From a virus, in IMG/VR virus record IMGVR_UViG_3300031576_000006, positions 1-64,000 of that record: a stretch of DNA of 64,000 bases; one strand, 5' to 3'. Numbering within the stretch: position 1 is the stretch's first letter; every line of letters starts with the position of its first letter. A program made the position numbers and the translations under genes. Positions 9,324-19,231 of this stretch are shown here, in pieces. Below the pieces are notes generated by a model. That model saw only the letters and a program-made list of their open reading frames with translations, made no database searches and was not told where the DNA came from.

Positions 9324-9929
9324 ATGTATTTGATTTATATGGCTGTTAATATATTGAATGGTAAAAAATACATTGGCAAAAATAAAGGCACCGTATTTTA
9401 CCGAAAACATGAACACAAACGGGAAGCCTTGAAGAGAAACAGCCAGACTCATTTTCACAATGCAATTCGCAAATACGGTTTCGAATCTTTCAAATGGTAT
9501 CGGTTGGAGCTTTGTCTAAATAACACAGATGCGGTTAAAAGAGAGAGATTTTACATTAATATGCATGATAGCGTAAATAGTGGGTATAATTTATCATTTG
9601 GCGGTGACGGCCCTGAAGGTCACAAACAATCAGAAAAATCTCAACAAAAAAAGCGAAATTCTAATCGCGGAAATTCTAATTCATCCAGGGCAGTAATCAA
9701 TAGTTTGGGTGAAATATTTGAGTCCGTTAGTATGGCCGAGAAACAGTATAAAAATTCCAAAATTAGAGAGGTCTGCTTAGAAAAAAGAAATTCGGCTGCC
9801 GGGCTATCTTGGAAATTTTACACACTTGGAATTGAGAAACCCGAACATCCGCAGGTAAGCAGACGAACGCCCAAAAAATTACTTGAAACTTACCAACATG
9901 CTATACTTAAGCAATTTGGACAAATGTGA
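9324..9929 (+). mobile_element. Free-standing GIY-YIG homing endonuclease
   Basis: LIY...NGKKYIG, R..EH, AIRKYG, E..YI...S...GYN; C-terminal NUMOD-like segment. Confidence 0.85.
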
Positions 9930-9953
9930 AAAGATTAAAGGTAGTAAAATCAA

Positions 9954-9978
9954 TAAGTTGAGCTAAGAACTTAATATT
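9954..9978 (+). promoter_or_regulatory. Candidate late promoter motif
   Basis: TAAGTT-GAGCT-AAGAA-CTTAAT-ATT upstream of 10007. Confidence 0.65.
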
Positions 9979-10006
9979 ACTGAAGAATCTAAAAAAAGAG
10001 GACTAT

Positions 10007-10447
10007 ATGAAAGTTAAACGTACTCCAAAAAACACCGCCGCATTAGGGGCAAATGACATTGCCAGTATAACGGCGAATGCTAGGGCTGGAGCAGTTAAGT
10101 CATTACTGGTTGGTCCTGAGCTAAGGAAAATGCCAGGCCAGACTCCTCCGCAAAATCAAGTTATTGGTTTTACGGCCAACGCTGCTCCGGTAAAGATCCC
10201 ACCAGGAACATCACTTTGGCTGTTTAATAACAGCGCAACCGTTGCGTGGGCTACTATGGCTCCTGCAGATGCAACTATCACGGCACCAACCGGGATCACT
10301 AATGCAATTCCCTTGAAGCCAAATGATTGGACTCGTTTGAATATGGGCGAAAATGCTCAACTTCAAACCAGTGCAGCTACGGTCGGTGTTTATATCGTTG
10401 AAGATGACACCACATTTCAAGTTATTGCCGAAGATCAACAATTCTAA
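10007..10447 (+). CDS. Probable virion structural protein
   Basis: Ala/Thr/Pro-rich, beta-strand-like, 146 aa; GAGGA SD; follows the late motif. Confidence 0.5.
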   Translation: MKVKRTPKNTAALGANDIASITANARAGAVKSLLVGPELRKMPGQTPPQNQVIGFTANAAPVKIPPGTSLWLFNNSATVAWATMAPADATITAPTGITNAIPLKPNDWTRLNMGENAQLQTSAATVGVYIVEDDTTFQVIAEDQQF

Positions 10448-10455
10448 GGTGCGGT

Positions 10456-11469
10456 ATGTACAGCAACGAGAAATTGGTTAGATCCATTTTAGGTGATCGG
10501 GTTTATGAGGCTTTAAATAAGTCTATCGTAAAGCTTAACACCAAAAGCGTTGTAGATATTTCCGAACTTCACGCGGCTTTAAAAATTGCCCCCAAGTCTG
10601 TAGTTGCTTTTTTAATGAAAGAAACTGAGGATATGAAAAAAGACGGGGCAAAAGAGATTAAATTGCCTTGGGACGGTAACGCTACAATGCTTTTAAATAA
10701 GCTCGATACAGATACATACAAAGGCCATATCTCAAAAGATGGCCGTATTGTCCACGAATTCGATCTATGTTCCATTCCACAATTAGCTGCCCACATCCTT
10801 TCTTTTTTCGAACTATATGATGAAGTTCCTGAACAAGGCGAACCGAAGGAAGAATCTAAACAAGAGCATGAAGATATAGAAAAAATCAAACATCAACTTC
10901 AAACCCTAGAATCTAAACTTAATGCCTTAATTATGCTTGCGGCTGGTCCCAGCCAAGAGCCCGTACAAAAAAGCCAGAAAGACAAACTTACAAAAGCCAT
11001 TACGGCTTTAAAAAAGGCTGGATTGGCACCCACTATGCCTAAGCCGCCAAAGCCTGGAGTTCATTCTGGAAGTCAACAGGGGATTACACAAGCTGGATTT
11101 CATAGTCCCAAAACTACGGAATCTGATTCATCCGTAGGCCGTCAAAAGACAAAAGAAAAAATGAATCCACATTTGAAAACTGGCGATAAGCTGGCTACTC
11201 AAAGTGGATTGCCTCAACCAGCTAAACAACCCAAGCAACCTAAAATGTCCATGGCGTTAAAGTCTGAAAGTATGAGTAGTAAGTGCCTAGATTGCGGAGA
11301 GCCTGATTTTATCAATGGTAAATTTGCTAGATGTGCTTGTTTCAAGGCTATGAGTATGCCCGATATTAAAAAATCTGAAAATGGTTTAACATTTTATTTC
11401 GGAAGTGATTGGGATAGCGACAATAAAATAGCATTATGGCATTCACTTAGGAAGGTAAGACGTGGATAA
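10456..11469 (+). CDS. Hypothetical head-associated protein with C-terminal Cys cluster
   Basis: Many hydrophobic-x-K-[AS] motifs (LNKS, VQKS, LTKA, LKKA, IKKS); CLDC...CAC. Confidence 0.55.
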   Translation: MYSNEKLVRSILGDRVYEALNKSIVKLNTKSVVDISELHAALKIAPKSVVAFLMKETEDMKKDGAKEIKLPWDGNATMLLNKLDTDTYKGHISKDGRIVHEFDLCSIPQLAAHILSFFELYDEVPEQGEPKEESKQEHEDIEKIKHQLQTLESKLNALIMLAAGPSQEPVQKSQKDKLTKAITALKKAGLAPTMPKPPKPGVHSGSQQGITQAGFHSPKTTESDSSVGRQKTKEKMNPHLKTGDKLATQSGLPQPAKQPKQPKMSMALKSESMSSKCLDCGEPDFINGKFARCACFKAMSMPDIKKSENGLTFYFGSDWDSDNKIALWHSLRKVRRG

Positions 11470-12397
11470 AATTATTGCCGCTATAAGATTCAAAGAACTC
11501 GATACGTCTGTTGCTTCTGATATTGACATCCTTACAAACTATAATAAACAAAAGAGTGAAGCAAGGCATCATATTGTTTCTATGATCTTATCCGTTGGTG
11601 GTCGAGAAATTGGCGATCATGAATCTGATCTGATTGTTGAAATACCATTAGATTCAGCAAATATTCTGCGTGACGCCCACGCCCGATTGGAACATGAATT
11701 GGAAATTTCTACAACTATTGGCGTAGGGGACGATCTTAAATATGCCAAAATGGCATTAGATTGGGCTGTTGAAAACCGTCCCGGTACTATTAAAGTAATG
11801 GAGCCAGTAATCGAAAAAGAAGCTAAGAAGCTTGATGACAAAGATGACTTTGACCATCTTATGCCTGAAGATGTTGCTATAGATCAAGAAGGTCGCCCCG
11901 AACAACATATAAATAAGGCCGAGGGTGATACTGACGATTGGGCCAATGACAAGGAATCTATTTCTGATGAAATGAGAGCTAAAATTGTTAATATCGTTAA
12001 GATGTTGCAGGGCAATAAGGAACGTCTCAATAGCCTGCGGGAAACTAGTCCAGAAGTATATGCAGGCGTCGTTGGGTTAGTTAATTCTATTTCTGCTATG
12101 GCCCAGAGTGCTAAAGTGGAAGACGCTAAGGCCCATAGCAAGATGATCACTAAAGTATCTAAATACCTTGATCAATCTGAAGAAAAGAATTTGGATGATC
12201 AGGCTGCTTCGGTTATGGAAATGCTAATCGAAGCGATGAAAGAAAAAGAAGAAGAGCATAAGGCAGAAATGCAAACTATGCATCAGGGCGCAGAGCGTAG
12301 ATTTAAAGTTCGCCGTAAGCTTGCTATTGATCATGCCAATAAGACCGGCTCTGATCCGAAGTTTTTACTTAATCTAAATAGAACTATGAGACGTTAA
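11462..12397 (+). CDS. Protein with degenerate GGDEF/mCpol-like N-domain and helical module
   Basis: SVGG...LIVEIP...TTIGVGDDLKYAKMAL pattern; catalytic acidic motif not intact. Confidence 0.4.
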   Translation: MDKIIAAIRFKELDTSVASDIDILTNYNKQKSEARHHIVSMILSVGGREIGDHESDLIVEIPLDSANILRDAHARLEHELEISTTIGVGDDLKYAKMALDWAVENRPGTIKVMEPVIEKEAKKLDDKDDFDHLMPEDVAIDQEGRPEQHINKAEGDTDDWANDKESISDEMRAKIVNIVKMLQGNKERLNSLRETSPEVYAGVVGLVNSISAMAQSAKVEDAKAHSKMITKVSKYLDQSEEKNLDDQAASVMEMLIEAMKEKEEEHKAEMQTMHQGAERRFKVRRKLAIDHANKTGSDPKFLLNLNRTMRR

Positions 12398-12398
12398 G

Positions 12399-15300
12399 AT
12401 GCCAGAATCTTTGAAACACAGAATTTTAAATCCTACCGGCGAGCACAGTGATTCGTTTTATTTCAGCAGCTATGATAGCAGTAATGAGCACAAAGCCCAA
12501 CTGGAAGATTTGAAAAGAACCATTACCCCTGTTGAATTTATCAATCTCATTGCTGGTAAATATGGACACAGTTCTGTGTATTCGGATGAAATTGCCAAAG
12601 TATTTGAAGGTCATCCGCATAATAATCCAAAAAATGTTGATATCGCTATGAATCAATTATCATCTGATGATGCCTCTTCATCTGCAAGACAGAACCAACA
12701 AGAAAAAATGGTCGCTCTTTTACGCCATTTTCAAGTTTCTCCGAAAATGATAGAAAAAACCATAAGTATGCCTGAAAAATATGGAGGTATGGAGATTATT
12801 AAATCTGGCCGCCTCCCAATTAATAGCACTGCCAAAGTATTGAGCAATCAAAAAGCTCTTACGCCAGATCACATAAAAAAATTATTACAACACGAAAGTC
12901 AATTTCGAATCGAAGCTGGATTACTTCACCACCCTGCGGCCAATTTAGAAATACAAAAAGAAATAGCCCAAACTCCAAATGCCGAATTAGACGCAAATGC
13001 TGCTGAGGTATTAATAAACAATCACGCACTGCACGGAAATTTAGGTCCAAATCCTGATCAAATTTTATCACACCTAATAAGAAACAATCCACATCTCGGC
13101 ACCAATACCTTCGATAAAATTGCAGACCGAATGGACTTCGGTGCAATGGAAAAGTTACATAATGAACTTCTTGGCATTGATGGCGGTAAGCCAAATGATG
13201 GAGAAGATGCCATAAGTCCAGAGACAAATTGGAACAATTGGGAAAACGGTGATAAATTTAGTCATCGACATGAAGACGATTTAGCCGCATCAAGACATCT
13301 CACCCCAACCCAAGCTGAACACATAATGCGTCATGGGGATTTTGACTCTAAATGGAACCTCTTCAATAATAAAAGACTGGGAAGCAAATATGCCGATCAA
13401 ATGTATGAAAAATGGCTAAACGATGACTCTGATCATGGCTATGATTTAGATGCCTTTAAAGAAAAAATTAAAGAAGAGCATCCATTTGAATACGATGACT
13501 GGTACGAAGAGGCGCAACAGGCCGCCGAAGAAGATTATCCTATATCTACATTTATAAGAGATCATTACAACGATGAAGACTTGATGGGCGAACCACAAGA
13601 GGATTGGATTAAAAAACAACTTGAAAAAAATCACGATTGGACCCATAAGCTTGATGACAAACAGTGGCGTAAAAGAATGGCAAACAATGATACCAAAAAT
13701 CAAGATTGGCTTAAAATGCTTGATATGGTTACACCTGGGCTTCTCGGCCACAAAATGGGGAACATAACAAAAAGAGATGTTGAAAGTGCCGGAATTAGTT
13801 TAAATCAATTTCCTTATGATTTCACAGATCACCCAGATGATTCAATATCTTCTGATGATTTAATGGAAGAAATCGAAAAACAACATCCAAAAGAAGTAGA
13901 TTTTGCTGAAGATAACGACATAGAATCTCATCCAGAATATGATGGGCGGCACAAAGAAGAAGAAAATTCCTGGGATGAAGAAGTCAAACGCATATCGGAA
14001 AGAGATATGCCTGATAGTGTTTATGATTCTTACAGTGAATCCATGAGTGAGGATATCCATCAAAGGGCTGATAGGCTTTATAGAGATAAAATGGATAATG
14101 CTCATGAAGATGAAGAATTTTTACCAGATCATCTATCTGCTATAGCAGAAATCAAACGTAAACAGGCGGAAGTCAAAGAAGCGGCTGCATTTAAAGAAGC
14201 TCAAGCTAAAGAGGGTGCCGTTAAAGAAAAACTCGATCAATACATCCCAAACAGACCTAAAGAACATGCATATGGAGAAGGTCAGCATCATATGGAGCTT
14301 GCTAAACAATACTCTGATGCGAATAAGGGATCTATTGATATAGGCCACTTAAATAAAATGTATCCTAATCTTACTGAAAAATGGAAAAAGATTTTTGGCG
14401 GCAAAGGTAAAATATCGTCTGACGAACTTCAGCAAAAAATTGATGCTTTGCCAAAATCAAAGTACAATTTGAGCTATGGCCATTGGGGTCCACAGAATAT
14501 GCAGAACCTTAATGGTCAAGACGAGATGGTCGTTAGGTTAGATCACAGCCCAGAGACCTTAGCTGCTTTAAAAAAAGATCCTGAAGCTCATGATGTTTTT
14601 CAAAAAGTAAATGATGCGTCTCAAAGATCGGGTCACCCCACTAATTATAATACTATTGGTTGGGCTCGTGTAGACTTTACAAATCCTAAACATCCTATGG
14701 TTGATGAACTACAGTCTGACTTCTCATCTGCTGCAAGAGATTATCTTGCTGAACATGGCGAGACTGGTCAAGAAAAGGCTAAGGCTCTGGATAAAATCAT
14801 GCACATTCAAAAGAATTGGCGTGAAATTTTACTTAATGCTGTGACAAAGATCGCCGGAGCCAATGGTGCTGAAAAGCTTTCTACACATAGTCCCGAATCA
14901 AAAGCAGCCCATACAGGTGCAGGCAAGGTCCATTCTGTTTACAAAGATTCTTACGAAAAAATTCCCCGTCAATTAGGATTCAAATCCGCCCCAATGGAAA
15001 CCCTTCCTCTAAACGAAGAGGGTAAGGGTACATTCCTTATGTCTCGGTCTGGCACCCCAACTGAGGATTTATTATCACAACATAAAGAAGGGATGAATAT
15101 GCATGCTAGACTGTGGGATAGACACAAGGATTTGGCCGAAAACCCCGTAGAAATTGATAATGAACCCGTTCATATAGAGAACAGATTATCAAGAATTGCA
15201 GTCCATAAAAATCTTATAGAACATCATGCTTTTCTATATAAGCAGCATCAACAAAGACTATCTCAACTTGATCCTTCTCATGAATTGCGTACCGCAAAGA

Positions 15301-15944
15301 CACCTGGAATGTATGTAGGCACATACAAAGATAATAATCCTGTACCGGGTTTCGATTATATGGGACATGCGATCGATCGCGCTATTAATCATGAAGCTCC
15401 CGTTTTTAGTTTCGATAGTGCCTTAAAACAAGAACCTGCAGTTACTGTAGGGCACACTGGTCATACATTACCACTGGCCGTAAATGCTTTTAAAAAACAT
15501 ATCATGGTTCTTGATCTGCTTCAAAAAGCCCAGATGAAGGATGACGATAAGGTTGCTATTGCTCAAGCTCTTATGAATATTAAATCACAACAAGAAAAAA
15601 TCGAACAATTGAAGGCTCAAAACCCAGAAGCCTACGATACTATTTCTCAATTAACAGAAGTCCTCGTAGATCTTTTTAAGGAATTGAACAACGAGCCTAT
15701 TGAAGCGGTCCAACATCAACTCGAAGCCGAATCAGCTATGGCACCACAAGAACAAGCTACGGCACAAGCCCAAGGACAGGCAGGATTTAAACCTCCACCT
15801 GAAGAAAAACCTATTACCCATGGGCCGAAAACCTTACCTATAGGTGCTGAAAGAACTTATTCTTCTAAAGAAGCCAGGCAAAAAAGCCCAAGTGGTGAAT
15901 GGATATCTGTTCAGGGCGGCAATAAAACGCAGGGTTGGCAGTAA
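12399..15944 (+). CDS. Large polyvalent/internal virion protein (1181 aa)
   Basis: Helical repeat N-region, very acidic middle, GH...IGWARVD...VDELQSD domain seen in phage polyvalent proteins, and a C-terminal module shared with 11462..12397. Confidence 0.55.
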   Translation: MPESLKHRILNPTGEHSDSFYFSSYDSSNEHKAQLEDLKRTITPVEFINLIAGKYGHSSVYSDEIAKVFEGHPHNNPKNVDIAMNQLSSDDASSSARQNQQEKMVALLRHFQVSPKMIEKTISMPEKYGGMEIIKSGRLPINSTAKVLSNQKALTPDHIKKLLQHESQFRIEAGLLHHPAANLEIQKEIAQTPNAELDANAAEVLINNHALHGNLGPNPDQILSHLIRNNPHLGTNTFDKIADRMDFGAMEKLHNELLGIDGGKPNDGEDAISPETNWNNWENGDKFSHRHEDDLAASRHLTPTQAEHIMRHGDFDSKWNLFNNKRLGSKYADQMYEKWLNDDSDHGYDLDAFKEKIKEEHPFEYDDWYEEAQQAAEEDYPISTFIRDHYNDEDLMGEPQEDWIKKQLEKNHDWTHKLDDKQWRKRMANNDTKNQDWLKMLDMVTPGLLGHKMGNITKRDVESAGISLNQFPYDFTDHPDDSISSDDLMEEIEKQHPKEVDFAEDNDIESHPEYDGRHKEEENSWDEEVKRISERDMPDSVYDSYSESMSEDIHQRADRLYRDKMDNAHEDEEFLPDHLSAIAEIKRKQAEVKEAAAFKEAQAKEGAVKEKLDQYIPNRPKEHAYGEGQHHMELAKQYSDANKGSIDIGHLNKMYPNLTEKWKKIFGGKGKISSDELQQKIDALPKSKYNLSYGHWGPQNMQNLNGQDEMVVRLDHSPETLAALKKDPEAHDVFQKVNDASQRSGHPTNYNTIGWARVDFTNPKHPMVDELQSDFSSAARDYLAEHGETGQEKAKALDKIMHIQKNWREILLNAVTKIAGANGAEKLSTHSPESKAAHTGAGKVHSVYKDSYEKIPRQLGFKSAPMETLPLNEEGKGTFLMSRSGTPTEDLLSQHKEGMNMHARLWDRHKDLAENPVEIDNEPVHIENRLSRIAVHKNLIEHHAFLYKQHQQRLSQLDPSHELRTAKTPGMYVGTYKDNNPVPGFDYMGHAIDRAINHEAPVFSFDSALKQEPAVTVGHTGHTLPLAVNAFKKHIMVLDLLQKAQMKDDDKVAIAQALMNIKSQQEKIEQLKAQNPEAYDTISQLTEVLVDLFKELNNEPIEAVQHQLEAESAMAPQEQATAQAQGQAGFKPPPEEKPITHGPKTLPIGAERTYSSKEARQKSPSGEWISVQGGNKTQGWQ

Positions 15945-16201
15945 TGTTGACAATAGAAGAAATCAAAAAAAGGATTAATGTGGTGCATCGGGGGCGTGTG
16001 GCGCTCGACATATCTACTTATGTAAAAACTACCATCAAGGCTCGTTTTATAGATTCTGAATACGGTGAATGGTGGGCCAAACCCAATGATATTTTTAATG
16101 GCCACGGGCATCCTAAAAAAGCTATTTATAAAAGAAACGATAAGCATCCTGGATCTGAACTTTGGGATAAAAATAAATTCAAACATCTTGGAATCATATA
16201 A
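15944..16201 (+). pseudogene. Homing-endonuclease N-terminal repeat relic
   Basis: STYV....KARFID.EYGEWWAKP.....GHGHP is a DNA-binding repeat typical of phage HEGs; no nuclease domain. ATG at 15944 overlaps the upstream stop. Confidence 0.5.
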
Positions 16202-16963
16202 ATGTTTAAAAAATATGATCTCGAAGAGCAATTAAAAGAATTTGGTTTTAGTATAGCTCAGCTGACAGATGAGATTACGGCTCGCGCTAAGTTGGCCATG
16301 GGCATACTTCAATTAAAAATTCATGCTAAGATTGTAGAAAAGGCACAGGAGAAACTTAAGTCAACTCGCGATATTTATATTGCCAATCTTGGTATGATGA
16401 ACGAGACAGATAATCTCTATGTAGTCTATCTTAAAAAAGAAGCTGCCTGGATTGAAGATGGTATAAAGCCGCATGAAATGATTGATGATCTTACGTCTGG
16501 TCCTAAGGCCAAACATAATACTAAAGACGGATCTCGATACGCCATTATTCCATTTCAGCACAATAAGCCGCCTACACAGACATCTAGAGCGCAAATGCAG
16601 ATTCAAAACGTAGTAAACGATGAACTGAAGAAACGTGGTCTTGATAAGACAATTAAAATAGGCAAGAAGGCTGTTTTAGGTAAGGCTGCTTCTATAAACG
16701 TTACAGACTTTGCTTCATCCGTAATATCTCGCAGATCTTTATTGGCAGGATTGACTATTTATCAGAAAAAGGTAGGGAAGAAGGTTATGAGAGACGTTAT
16801 GACCTTCAGAGTGGTATCTACAAAACAAAAAGGCTCCGGCATGTGGTTCCACCCTGGATCAAAAGGTGTCAACCTCTTCGCCGAAGTTGAAAAAGAGGTC
16901 GATCAAATGTGGGATCAATTGTTTAAAGATGTTGTTGGACAAGTTAAGATTGAGGGCACATAA
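16202..16963 (+). CDS. Probable neck/tail-completion protein
   Basis: A...L..TR..Y...WIEDG...G.RY.IIPF.H...TFRVVS...W.HPG pattern of Herelleviridae-like neck genes. Confidence 0.6.
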   Translation: MFKKYDLEEQLKEFGFSIAQLTDEITARAKLAMGILQLKIHAKIVEKAQEKLKSTRDIYIANLGMMNETDNLYVVYLKKEAAWIEDGIKPHEMIDDLTSGPKAKHNTKDGSRYAIIPFQHNKPPTQTSRAQMQIQNVVNDELKKRGLDKTIKIGKKAVLGKAASINVTDFASSVISRRSLLAGLTIYQKKVGKKVMRDVMTFRVVSTKQKGSGMWFHPGSKGVNLFAEVEKEVDQMWDQLFKDVVGQVKIEGT

Positions 16964-17928
16964 TGATTCGCGCCAGTGATCTATATTTTACTCGCGTCAC
17001 ACAGCTTATGCTTAAGGACTTAAGGAAGAATCGTTTCTTGGTAGACGATATTCTTTGTGATGTTACCGGTGATGAACTATTAAAGGATCTTTATGGCGCT
17101 AAAGAAGTCGAAAAATTTAATTTGCTAGTTGACAAAGATATTCAAATTAATGTAGAGCATGCGGTTGATCACGCTAAACTTCCCGCTATTGCTATTCGAG
17201 TCAGCGGCGGTTCTGAAGATACCAGTCGTACTGGGGATGCCCTATCTGACGGTTATCGTACCGACAGGGTTGATGCAAAATCGCTTGGCGGAATTTATAA
17301 AACTCCTAGAATTATTCTAGGCCCCGTCACACCAGAATCATTTGATTATTTAACTGGAAAAATGACCTTTCCTGAGTCTGTAAGTCTTGCTCGTGTTTTT
17401 GATGAGATGATGGTATATGATGAAGTTAATAAAAAGGCCTATCCAATTGTCACCGTAATGAATGATTTTACACTATTCATAGATCCTCCAAAAGAACGTC
17501 CTAATTTGACCGGCATGACTATTCGCGGTAAGGATGAATCTGCAATACATGTCCGTAAGGAATATTTTACAACCGAACAGGTTACATTTATTTGTGCCGC
17601 CAAAGATCCAGTTGAGGTTATATATCTTTATCAGATTATGATGTACCTTATCGGTCGTCACAGGTTGAACTTCTTTGAGACTCGTAATTTTCGCAATACA
17701 ACTTTGCAATACAGCCCTATTTATAAGTTGACCGCCCCAGATGATCCTAATTTTGTTTTCGCCAGAGATATTACATTAAATGGTACTGTTGAACATAATT
17801 ACATCGAAAGCACTTCACGTCCACTTGACGGATCTTCTCCAGATGTAAGAATTGCAGACATGAAAACCCCAGATGCATTAATTGCACAGGCTTCTGGCCA
17901 AGGATGGTCTGGCGAAGAAGATCCATAA
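16963..17928 (+). CDS. Probable tail terminator/completion protein
   Basis: LPAIAI...SED and FARDITL pattern; upstream of sheath. Confidence 0.5.
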   Translation: MIRASDLYFTRVTQLMLKDLRKNRFLVDDILCDVTGDELLKDLYGAKEVEKFNLLVDKDIQINVEHAVDHAKLPAIAIRVSGGSEDTSRTGDALSDGYRTDRVDAKSLGGIYKTPRIILGPVTPESFDYLTGKMTFPESVSLARVFDEMMVYDEVNKKAYPIVTVMNDFTLFIDPPKERPNLTGMTIRGKDESAIHVRKEYFTTEQVTFICAAKDPVEVIYLYQIMMYLIGRHRLNFFETRNFRNTTLQYSPIYKLTAPDDPNFVFARDITLNGTVEHNYIESTSRPLDGSSPDVRIADMKTPDALIAQASGQGWSGEEDP

Positions 17929-17935
17929 ATTTCAA

Positions 17936-17960
17936 TAGGTTAAGTCAAAAACTTAATAAT
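17936..17960 (+). promoter_or_regulatory. Candidate late promoter motif
   Basis: TAGGTT-AAGTC-AAAAA-CTTAAT-AAT. Confidence 0.7.
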
Positions 17961-17969
17961 GATGTCACT

Positions 17970-18368
17970 ATGTCAAATGATGCCAATTTATACAAAAAAG
18001 TTAGTCAGTTAAAAGATTTACGTTTGGCCATAAAAGAAGTGAAAAAAGTTTCACAACCAGAACCTGTAAAGATTACAAAAGCCCAAGAGCCCATGGAATC
18101 TCAAAAAGAATACCCACTCAAATATTTAGGCCGCAAAAAGATGCTTGGCGGGATCTTATCTCACCTCATTGGCTCCGGCCAGGATGGCGATAATAACTAC
18201 GAGATGAGCGTTAATTTGGAGAAATATAATAAAGGCATGCCATGTGTAATTCTTTCACACATATCTCCTAAGGGTGAAGTTCTTGATCACTCTGATGAAC
18301 ATTATGACGATATGAAAAATGCCATCAAGGCTATTGTAAATCATAAAATGAAAAAGGCTTGGAAATAA
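17970..18368 (+). CDS. Hypothetical head-associated protein (start revised to ATG 17970)
   Basis: The called start (17904) overlaps the upstream gene and the promoter motif. ITKA and MKKA motifs present. Confidence 0.55.
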   Translation: MSNDANLYKKVSQLKDLRLAIKEVKKVSQPEPVKITKAQEPMESQKEYPLKYLGRKKMLGGILSHLIGSGQDGDNNYEMSVNLEKYNKGMPCVILSHISPKGEVLDHSDEHYDDMKNAIKAIVNHKMKKAWK

Positions 18369-19231
18369 TGGCCGATTACGTAAAGGTCCCAGATTCGAAA
18401 AGTAACAAGGAAGATGCCGAGAGGCACTTACGTTCCCTTGTCGATTCTATGAAAAAAAGAACTGCCGATGCCTCACCTGAAAAAGGCATACATCCAACTG
18501 CAAAATTACAAATAGACACTCCAGGTATGAGCATGGCCGGTATCAGTGTTCGGTCTGCACAAGTTAATCGTGAGCAGGGCACCAGCGATTGGCAGAATAC
18601 TAATGAAGCAAAAGATCGTCACAAAAAAGTTATTCGTGAGCTTATATCTATGCCAAAACCTAAACTTACCAAATCAGAAATCGAACAGTTCGATGGCCAA
18701 TTAAAAAAGGCTGGATATTGGTCAAAAAGAATACAGCAAATACGCACACAGAAAGAAACAGACCGTCAACGGGCACTTAAAGAACATTTTGGTGCTCAAA
18801 ACAAACCTGTGCCTCAACATTTAGCTCAACCTCAAAAAGAGGGTAGACTGGATTATAAAAAGATCATTAGGGAATACAAAACTAAAAATAATATTCCTCA
18901 GAAACCAGAAACTCCCGCCGTAGCAGCACCTGAATCTCAACCGGCTGGATATGGTAAATTACACGATCCTAGATTAAGCGGGTTAGCGCCAAAAGTTAAA
19001 AAGGCTGAGCCAAAAGTTAGGGTAGATCCTGTCGATATCTCTGATCCGATAGTTCAAAACCGTACTACAGTTAGTTCTCCTTTGAAGATCAGTGGACCGG
19101 CATCAATGAGTCCTGTACGCGATGAAGGTCTAAAGAAGTGCGGTCGTGTCCTGCGCCATATGATTAATAGTTTACAAAAAATCGATCCAAAAACAAAGTT
19201 GCCGGGCAATTTGATTAACAAGGCTAAGTAA
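18359..19231 (+). CDS. Basic low-complexity internal head protein
   Basis: Lys/Pro-rich with LTKS, LKKA, VKKA, INKA; shares a module with 19231..20292. Confidence 0.55.
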   Translation: MEIMADYVKVPDSKSNKEDAERHLRSLVDSMKKRTADASPEKGIHPTAKLQIDTPGMSMAGISVRSAQVNREQGTSDWQNTNEAKDRHKKVIRELISMPKPKLTKSEIEQFDGQLKKAGYWSKRIQQIRTQKETDRQRALKEHFGAQNKPVPQHLAQPQKEGRLDYKKIIREYKTKNNIPQKPETPAVAAPESQPAGYGKLHDPRLSGLAPKVKKAEPKVRVDPVDISDPIVQNRTTVSSPLKISGPASMSPVRDEGLKKCGRVLRHMINSLQKIDPKTKLPGNLINKAK

